In this document: positions 17,076 through 24,819 of the stretch, piece by piece
Layout: each line of letters opens with the position of its first letter
Numbering within the stretch: position 1 is the stretch's first letter
NCBI GenBank assembly: GCA_035637355.1
Contig: DASPXJ010000091.1
Location: forward strand, 161 to 64,160
DNA from: Gemmatimonadales bacterium
GTDB taxonomy: Bacteria; Gemmatimonadota; Gemmatimonadetes; Gemmatimonadales; GWC2-71-9
Direction of reading: 5' to 3'
Length of the DNA: 64,000 bases
Notes under the pieces: generated by a model
Database searches by the model: none
Seen by the model: the letters and a program-made list of their open reading frames with translations, nothing else
Told to the model about the DNA's origin: nothing
Made by a program: the position numbers and the translations under genes

Positions 17076-17477
17076 TCAACTCCCAAATTGACGGTCGATA
17101 GCGGCACGGATTTCCGTCAGCGATTTCCCCTGCCCCGCCATACTGCTCGCCAGCATGGCCTCACCCATGCAGATGTCGCAATAGGCCGCGTGCGTTGACT
17201 CGTAGCAGGTGAGCAGCGAGCGGTGGCTGGAGTGCTTCGAGCAATCGCAATGGCAGTAGACCCCATCGAGCGTGGCAGCGATGGTGCGCGCGGCCGCGTA
17301 CGCCTCGAGCGCACCGGGGTTGCGTGGGATTGCGGGATCGGCGAGGACCTTCGCGGCCGTGATGCCGGGCCGCGGCGTGGGATGCTGGGTCGAGCCGCCG
17401 GCCGGCCGCGTGAGAAAAACGACCCCCACCAACGCGGCTGCGCCGGCGCCCGCCAGCACCCAGGGCACCTTGGCCAT
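17076..17477 (-). CDS. PCYCGC-motif membrane-anchored protein
   Basis: ATG 17477 within ORF 17076..17738. TM anchor MAKVPWVLAGAGAAALVGVVFL. Cys/His cluster VYCHCDCSKHSSHRSLLTCYESTHAAYCDICMGEA. Confidence 0.7.
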   Translation of the reverse strand: MAKVPWVLAGAGAAALVGVVFLTRPAGGSTQHPTPRPGITAAKVLADPAIPRNPGALEAYAAARTIAATLDGVYCHCDCSKHSSHRSLLTCYESTHAAYCDICMGEAMLASSMAGQGKSLTEIRAAIDRQFGS

Positions 17478-18025
17478 TACAACGCCTCGAGCGTCGCCAG
17501 TACATCCGCTCCGTAGAAGAGCCGGATGTACTTCGCCTGCGTCCGCGTGAGGCGGCGCACCGCCCAGGAGAGATGCACGAAGTGCGGCTCGTGCGGCGAG
17601 CGCAGCGGGTGCATGCCCACTTCCTCGGGCAGCAGGTTGCCCTTGCGGGTGTTGCAGCTCGAGCACGCCGTCAGGACGTTGGTCCACGCGTTCGTGCCGC
17701 CGCGGGACAGCGGGACGAGGTGGTCGCGCGTCAGGCACTCGCGCTGCCGCAGCTCCTGCTGCGAGCGGCCGCAGAACTGGCAGCGGTAGTTGTCGCGGGC
17801 AAACAGGAACGTGTTGGTGACTTGGCGGCGGAAGCGGCGGGGGACGTGGACGAAGCGGACGAGTCGGATGACAGCGGGGCGTGGCACCGCCATTCGCTCG
17901 GAATGGACCGGCGTGCCTTCCGCCTCGACGACCTCGGCCTTCCCATCAATGACCAGCCGCAGCGCCCGGCGCACCGGCACCATGGTCAGCGGCTCGAACG
18001 AGGCATTGAGGGCTAGGCAACGCAT
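17477..18025 (-). CDS. HNH endonuclease-family protein
   Basis: ORF 17477..18025. CQFCGR...LTRDHLVPLSRGGTNAWTNVLTACSSCNTRKG (HNH with two CxxC pairs). N-terminal LALNASFEPLTMVPVRRALRLVIDGKAEVVE. TAATG overlap with the PCYCGC gene. Confidence 0.85.
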   Translation of the reverse strand: MRCLALNASFEPLTMVPVRRALRLVIDGKAEVVEAEGTPVHSERMAVPRPAVIRLVRFVHVPRRFRRQVTNTFLFARDNYRCQFCGRSQQELRQRECLTRDHLVPLSRGGTNAWTNVLTACSSCNTRKGNLLPEEVGMHPLRSPHEPHFVHLSWAVRRLTRTQAKYIRLFYGADVLATLEAL

Positions 18026-18069
18026 GCGATATGCTAATACCGACCAGCAACTTACAGCAAGTGAGGGAT

Positions 18070-19465
18070 TTACGAGCTCGCTGCTGGCTGAAACGCGCGC
18101 CGTAACTCGTCTATTTGCGACTCGACTGAGGCACGCGAGGCACCTCCAGGCGTGGCACGGCTTTCCACGCTTTGCTCCCAGGTGCCGAGCTGCGCCAGCG
18201 CCGGTCCCAGCGCGGGATGAATCGCTGCCGCCACTTTGGCGGGCACCTTATCGAGCGTGACACCAGCCTGCTCCGCCGCACGAACCAATCTGCCGATCAA
18301 TCCGTGACTCTCACGGAATGCGACACCTGCCTCGACCAGCAAATCTGCGAGATCTGTGGCCCGCATCGCCGGATCGAGCGCCGCCGCCATCCGCTCCGCG
18401 TTCACGGTAAGCGTGTCGATCGCGCCGGTGACGGCGGGCAACACCGTCGCCAGCGTGTCGCACGCGTCGAACAGCAGCGCCTTGTCTTCCTGCAGGTCTT
18501 TCTGATAGCCGGCCGGAATCCCCTTCAACACCGTGAGCAGCGCCACGCAATCGCCCAGCATGCGTCCGGCCTTGCCGCGCGCCAGCTCGAACACGTCCGG
18601 ATTGCGTTTCTGCGGCATCAGGCTCGACCCGGTACTGAAGCTGTCGGCGAGCGAGACGAATCCGAATTCGCCGCTGGCGTAGGTGATGAGCTCCGAACCG
18701 AGACGCGACAAGTGCGTGCCGACCAGCGCGATCACGAACAGCACCTCGGCGACGAAATCGCGATCGCCGGTCGCATCCAGCGCATTCGGGGAGACGGCGC
18801 GGAAGCCGAGCGCTTCTTTCAGCAGGACACGATCGACGGGAAAGCCGGAGCCCGCCAGCGCGCCCGAGCCGAGCGGCAGCTCGGCCGTGCGGCGGCGCGC
18901 ATCCGCGAGGCGCTGGCGGTCGCGGACCAGCGGCCACGCGTGCGCCAGCAGCACGTACGCCCAGCGCACCGGTTGGGCGCGCTGGCCGTGGGTGTAGCCG
19001 GGGAGAATCGCGTCGAGCCCATCTTTCGCCTTGGCGACGAGCGTGCGGCCGAGGGCGGCGACGGCGGCGTCGAGCTCGTCGATAGCATCGATGGTCCAGA
19101 GTCGCAGGTCCGTGGCGACCTGGTCGTTGCGCGACCGGCCGGTGTGCAGCTTCCCGGCCACCGCACCGATTTCCGCGTAGAGCAGCCGCTCGACGAGCGT
19201 GTGCACGTCTTCATCGGGAGCGCCGGCGGCGGCGCCGTCCGCGAGCTTGTCGGCGACGCGGTCGAGGCCTTCGAGCAGCTGCGTCTCTTCGGTGGTGGTC
19301 AGAACGCCGGCGCGGCACAGGGCGTGTACCCACGCCTTGCTGGCGGCGACGTCCTGCGGCCAGAGCCGATGATCGACGGGGAGGCTGCGGTTTAACGCGT
19401 CGAGCGCTTCGCTGGGTCCGAGAACGAAGCGCCCGCCCCACATGTGATGCGGAGGGGGGGGCGTG

Positions 19466-19482
<17 letters not shown>
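18070..19482 (-). CDS. argH: Argininosuccinate lyase
   Basis: ORF 18070..19482. Fumarate-lyase signature GSSLMPQKRNPD and HTGRSRNDQV. Confidence 0.95.
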
Positions 19483-20698
<1,216 letters not shown>

Positions 20699-20703
20699 AG
20701 TTG

Positions 20704-20717
20704 TGTATAAAAATACA
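20704..20717 (-). promoter_or_regulatory. ARG-box-like palindrome (putative ArgR operator) immediately upstream of argG
   Basis: tgtat-aaaa-ataca has the same TGnAT-W4-ATnCA architecture as the classical ARG box. It sits in the only AT-rich stretch of the region, 6-19 nt from the argG ATG (20698). argR is encoded at 22941-23405. Confidence 0.45.
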
Positions 20718-20748
20718 TACGGCAGGCTTTGGTTCGCAAGCCCTAACC

Positions 20749-20880
20749 AAAAGCAGGTCCTTCGCGCCTGCGGCGCTCAGGATGACAATCTCGCTCTTCC
20801 TACTTACTCAAAAACAAAAGCGAAGCAATGTCATCCTGAGCGAAGCGCGCGGAACGCGCGCGAGCGAAGGACCTGCTTTT
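20749..20880. repeat. ~130-bp composite inverted repeat (REP/MITE-like palindromic element)
   Basis: Left arm aaaagcaggtccttcgc...gctcaggatgaca (20749-20787) pairs with right arm tgtcatcctgagc...gcgaaggacctgctttt (20829-20880), giving 17-bp and 13-bp perfect blocks. Internal hairpin gcgcgcg-gaa-cgcgcgc. AT-rich ~40-nt loop. Confidence 0.65.
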
Positions 20881-22234
20881 ACCATCCCCATCCGGTACGG
20901 TACCGTGGCTTGACGTACTCTTCTGGAATTCCTGTAGTCAGCACCGCGCCGGTCTGCGGATTCACATCGATCGGCTGCGCGGTGCGCACCGCCAGATTGC
21001 CGAGCAGCACCATCTCGGTGAGCGGTCCGGAATGGCCGGGAATGTTCGATCCAGCCGGTGTCCCACCTTTGCAAGCGGCGATCCATTCGGCGTAGACGCC
21101 CTCGGTGCGCGGATACTTCTGCGCCGGCGGATGCGCGGTGATTTCCGCCTGCTTCGCCTCATCGAGCAGGCGTGGGCTCTCGCCATAGATCCCCGCGACC
21201 AGCTTGCCCGCATCGCCGATCCACAGCTGCCCGCTGGTGTCGAACGGCCACGCGAGCGGATCGGTGATCTCTTTGGGACGCGGCGGATACAGGCTGCCGT
21301 CGCGCCACACGACGGCCACCGCGGGCCGGTTGCCCTTGGCTGGAAACGCGTAGGTGATGCGCGAGCACGCCGGTGCCGTCTCGCTGTAGAGCTTGGTCGA
21401 CTCCGCTTCGATGCGCGATGGGTAGCCGAGCTCGAGCGTCCAGAACGACGCATCCATCGAGTGGCAGGCGATGTCGCCCAAGGCGCCGGTGCCGAAATCC
21501 CACCAGCCGCGCCATTTGAACGGCGCATACGCGGGATGGTAGGGCCGCTGCGGCGCGGGTCCGAGCCACAAGTCCCAGTCGAGCCACTGCGGCGTGTAGA
21601 ACTCATCGAGCGGCCGCTCGATCGCCTGCGGCCAGATCGGCCGGTTCGTCCACAGCTGGATCTCGCGGACGGTGCCGATCGCGCCGGCCTCCACCCATTC
21701 GCGGATCTGCCGCGTGCCCTCCTCGGCGTGGCCCTGGTTGCCCATCTGCGTCGCGACTTTGTACTTCGTCGCGGCCTCCTCGAGTTGCTTCACTTCCCAC
21801 AACGTCCGCGCCAGCGGCTTTTGAATACGCGTGTGCTTGCCGAGCTTCATCGCCGTCATGCCCGCGACCGTGTGCGTGTGATCGGGCGTCGAGACGGTGA
21901 CGGCGTCGATGTTCTTTCCTTCTTTATCGAGCATGACGCGGAAATCCTTAAAACGCTTCGCCAGCGGGAATGCACTGAACGACTGTGCCGCCTGACGATC
22001 ATCCACGTCGCAGAGCGCGTAGATGTTCTCGGTCTTCCCGACTCCCCGCACGTCATTCGCGCCCATGCCGCCCACGCCGATGCAGGCGATGTTGAGCTTG
22101 TCGCTCGGCGCGAGACGATTGTGCCCCCGCCCCCGCGCCCCGAGCACGTGCGGCGGCACGATCGTGAACGTCAGACCGGTGGCGACGTCGCCGACAAAGC
22201 GACGCCGCGAGATGAGCGAGCGTTTCCTGGTCAT
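20879..22234 (-). CDS. Gfo/Idh/MocA-family NAD(P)-dependent oxidoreductase with Tat signal
   Basis: ATG 22234 within ORF 20879..22459 gives MTRKRSLISRRRFVGDVA (RR leader). Rossmann motif IACIGVGGMGANDV. ATGA overlap with the upstream DUF1080 gene. Confidence 0.85.
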   Translation of the reverse strand: MTRKRSLISRRRFVGDVATGLTFTIVPPHVLGARGRGHNRLAPSDKLNIACIGVGGMGANDVRGVGKTENIYALCDVDDRQAAQSFSAFPLAKRFKDFRVMLDKEGKNIDAVTVSTPDHTHTVAGMTAMKLGKHTRIQKPLARTLWEVKQLEEAATKYKVATQMGNQGHAEEGTRQIREWVEAGAIGTVREIQLWTNRPIWPQAIERPLDEFYTPQWLDWDLWLGPAPQRPYHPAYAPFKWRGWWDFGTGALGDIACHSMDASFWTLELGYPSRIEAESTKLYSETAPACSRITYAFPAKGNRPAVAVVWRDGSLYPPRPKEITDPLAWPFDTSGQLWIGDAGKLVAGIYGESPRLLDEAKQAEITAHPPAQKYPRTEGVYAEWIAACKGGTPAGSNIPGHSGPLTEMVLLGNLAVRTAQPIDVNPQTGAVLTTGIPEEYVKPRYRTGWGW

Positions 22235-22944
22235 GGCAGCACCCGGATCTTGATGTTGCGGTAGGCGACGACGTTGCCGTGGTCCTGCAGGCCGATGTGG
22301 CCCTGCGAGTTTTTCCCGAAGCGGGGATGTGGCTTGAACTTGCTTCCCGCCACCTTCGAATCCCAATCGCGGCTGCCGAGCTCGTACTCCAGCAGCTTGA
22401 CGCCGTTGAGCCAGTGCTCGACGTGATTGCCGTTCACGATGAGCCGCGCCGTGTTCCATTCACCACCCGGATGTACGTGCCCGCGCGGCGCCGGATAGAG
22501 ATCGTAGGCTGCACCCGCCGATGTCACGGGTGACTGGCCGTCCGGGTGCTTCGCGTCGTCGAGCACCTGCATCTCCACCGCGTTCCAGTAGATCTCGTCC
22601 GTATCGTCGGCGGCGCGATAGAAGATGCCGCTGTTCCCGCCCGGCTCGATCTTCCAATCGATCGACAGCTCGAAGTTCTTGAATTCGTCGCTCGTGATGA
22701 TGTCGCCGCCCGCGCCCACGCGCGTGAGCGCCCCATCCTGCACCACCCATCCGTCGGAAATCGTCGGCTTCCCGTAGTTGCGCCAGCCTGTTGTCGTTTT
22801 CCCGTCGAACAGCAGCCGCCACCCGGCGGCCTTCTCAGCGTCGGTGAGCGAATTCTGGTTGGTGGAGGATGGTGGAGGTTGTGATTGAGCAGAACAGGCG
22901 TTCGCGATGACCAACAGCGCCATGAGAGCCAAGAGCGTTTTCAA
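22231..22944 (-). CDS. DUF1080 / 3-keto-disaccharide-hydrolase-like secreted protein
   Basis: ORF 22231..22944. Signal MKTLLALMALLVIANACSA, then GWRLLFDGKTTTGWRNYG...GNSGIFYR...HIGLQDHGNVVAYRNIKI. Confidence 0.8.
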   Translation of the reverse strand: MKTLLALMALLVIANACSAQSQPPPSSTNQNSLTDAEKAAGWRLLFDGKTTTGWRNYGKPTISDGWVVQDGALTRVGAGGDIITSDEFKNFELSIDWKIEPGGNSGIFYRAADDTDEIYWNAVEMQVLDDAKHPDGQSPVTSAGAAYDLYPAPRGHVHPGGEWNTARLIVNGNHVEHWLNGVKLLEYELGSRDWDSKVAGSKFKPHPRFGKNSQGHIGLQDHGNVVAYRNIKIRVLP

Positions 22945-23405
22945 GCGGGGAGTCCTGCGAGCTCTTGCAACCGGACCTGGACGGCACGGCGGCCTCGCTC
23001 GCTGCGCGTGATGACCAGGATGGCATCGTCACCGGCGATGGTGCCGATGATCTCGCTCCACCCGGCGCCGTCCAATGCCAGAGCCAGCGCCTGCGCCGCT
23101 CCCGTCGTCGTCTTGAGGACGAGCAACGGGCCGACGCCTTCGGCGGAAACGAGCATGGTGGGAAGGAGCTGCTCCAGATGCGGCCGGACGCCCCCCCCGG
23201 GGGCGCCCTCCGCTCCGGCCGCGTAGTGCGAGCCGCCATCGGGCGCGGCGACCTTGGCGAGACCCAGCTCGCGGATGTCGCGCGACAGCGTCGCCTGCGT
23301 CACGTTGTAGCCCTCGGCCTTGAGGCGCTCGCGCAACTGCTCCTGGCTGCCCACTGTTTCCTGCCGCACGATCCGCAGGATGGCCGCGTGACGTTGCGTT
23401 TTCAT
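22941..23405 (-). CDS. argR: Arginine repressor
   Basis: ORF 22941..23405. Winged-helix N-terminus QRHAAILRIVRQETVGSQEQLRERLKAEGYNVTQATLSRDIRELGL and C-terminal GTIAGDDAILV. Confidence 0.9.
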   Translation of the reverse strand: MKTQRHAAILRIVRQETVGSQEQLRERLKAEGYNVTQATLSRDIRELGLAKVAAPDGGSHYAAGAEGAPGGGVRPHLEQLLPTMLVSAEGVGPLLVLKTTTGAAQALALALDGAGWSEIIGTIAGDDAILVITRSERGRRAVQVRLQELAGLPA

Positions 23406-24652
23406 GGGGCGGAAATCTGATGCACGATGCGGCCGCTGACTACTGTTAACTGGGCGGCGAGGGGCGGCGAGGGACGGCGAGGGGCGGCGAGCGGGAAAAC
23501 CGCCAAGTCGGCCGCCTTTCCGACTTCCAGCGAACCGATCTCACGCTCCCAGCCCAGCGCGCGCGCCCCTTCTATTGTAAGCATGCGCAGCGCTGCATCC
23601 CCCCCCCCGGTGAGCCCGGCCGCCTCTGCCTCCGCCCATAGGTCCAGCTCGCCGACGCTCACGACAGAGTCGGTGCCCAGGCCCACCGGCACGCCGGCCT
23701 CGCGAACCCATCGGAGCGGCAGGCGGCCATGGCGATGCGCCGCGTTGGAGCGGGGACAATGCGCCACCGCCGCCCGCGTCACGCGCAACAGCTCGATGTC
23801 GGCCTGATCGACCTGCACGCAATGAATGCACAGCGTGCCAGGGCGCAGGATGCCCCGTTGCAGGAGATACGCGACCGGCGAGCAATTCCGTGCCTCAATG
23901 GCGATTCCGCGCGCACGCAATGCAGCGGCGAACGGTCCGGCACCATCGCGGACCAATAGCGTCTCCTCTTGTGATTCGGCGGCATGCACAGCGATCGGCA
24001 ACCCTTCGTTGCGGGCGAACGCGGCCACGGCATCGTAGAGTGACGCGCTCACGGTGTACGGTGCATGAGGTGAAACCCCAACTGACAGTTGCGCAGTTGC
24101 AAGACGGCGCAGTTGCGAGATCGCTTTCTCCAGCTCCTCCATGCTCGCGGAGCACTGCGCGGGGTCCGGACCAAACACTTCCTGGTACACGATCCCTCGG
24201 CCGCCGAGGTCGTGGAGCGCGCGCATCACCGCACCGGTGCTGCCGGTTTCCGCGACGCAGGTGACGCCGCGCGTCCAGCAATCGCGCACGCCCGCCACCG
24301 CCGCCTCGTAAAACGCCTCGGCGCTGGTCGCCTCCTTCAGCTCGCGGATCCGCCTGATCCAGGTGAGGAATTCGGACTCGTCGTGCCGCCCGCCGCCGCC
24401 GCCGCCGCCGCCCAGATGCGTGAGCTCGAGATGCGTATGGCAGTTGACGAGGCCGGGCATCAGCTCCGCGTCGGGGAAATGCAGTGGCTGCGCAGCGGCA
24501 GGCTGCGGCACGCTCGCGTGCGGCCCGACCGCAGCGATCCGTCCCGCGCCGTCAACAAGAACGGCGCCGTCCTCGAAGGACGGCGCCGTTACTGGATGGA
24601 TGCGAGCGGCACGAATCCTCAGTCCAGTCATCAGCTCCAAGCTAGACGACAC
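23402..24652 (-). CDS. Metal-dependent amidohydrolase (chlorohydrolase/deaminase-like)
   Basis: ORF 23402..24652 (GTG); an alternative ATG lies at 24631. HxH motif LVNCHTHLELTH followed by a Gly8 insert, then ...HAAES...CIHCV...GTDS. Confidence 0.8.
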   Translation of the reverse strand: MSSSLELMTGLRIRAARIHPVTAPSFEDGAVLVDGAGRIAAVGPHASVPQPAAAQPLHFPDAELMPGLVNCHTHLELTHLGGGGGGGGRHDESEFLTWIRRIRELKEATSAEAFYEAAVAGVRDCWTRGVTCVAETGSTGAVMRALHDLGGRGIVYQEVFGPDPAQCSASMEELEKAISQLRRLATAQLSVGVSPHAPYTVSASLYDAVAAFARNEGLPIAVHAAESQEETLLVRDGAGPFAAALRARGIAIEARNCSPVAYLLQRGILRPGTLCIHCVQVDQADIELLRVTRAAVAHCPRSNAAHRHGRLPLRWVREAGVPVGLGTDSVVSVGELDLWAEAEAAGLTGGGDAALRMLTIEGARALGWEREIGSLEVGKAADLAVFPLAAPRRPSPPLAAQLTVVSGRIVHQISAP

Positions 24653-24654
24653 AA

Positions 24655-24784
24655 GAAAAGTTGCACAGACGCCAAGTTGCGAAGTGGCTCCAAGCTACAC
24701 GTGCGAGAGGTCAGGAAAGTCTTCCTGACCTCTTGAAGGTTGCACTGGAGACCACTTTCCAACTTGGCGTCTGCACAACTTTTC
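24655..24784. repeat. 130-bp near-perfect palindrome built from AAGTTGC-type modules
   Basis: gaaaagttgcacagacgccaagttgcgaagtggctccaag...gaggtcaggaaagtcttcctgacctc...ccaacttggcgtctgcacaacttttc. A partial extra arm (ccttgaaggtt) lies at 24810-24821, next to the PBP1A stop. Confidence 0.75.
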
Positions 24785-24819
24785 TAATGGCTTCGACCTT
24801 GCGACTCCAACCTTGAAGG

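Noticed and set aside
17871-17890. TGGCAC hits considered as sigma54 promoters for the NtrC-like activator. Examples: 17877 tggcaccgccattcgc, 18157 tggcacggctttcca, 28336 tggcacgccgctgcg, and the minus-strand site at 23835.
   Set aside because: None has the GG-N10-GC spacing with a TTGC -12 element, and all lie inside coding sequence.
20701-20913. ORFs 20701..20913 and 20703..21095 in the argG upstream region.
   Set aside because: They are read-throughs of the palindromic repeat element (SEARGTRASEGPA-type translation) and overlap the 3' end of the oxidoreductase gene on the opposite strand.
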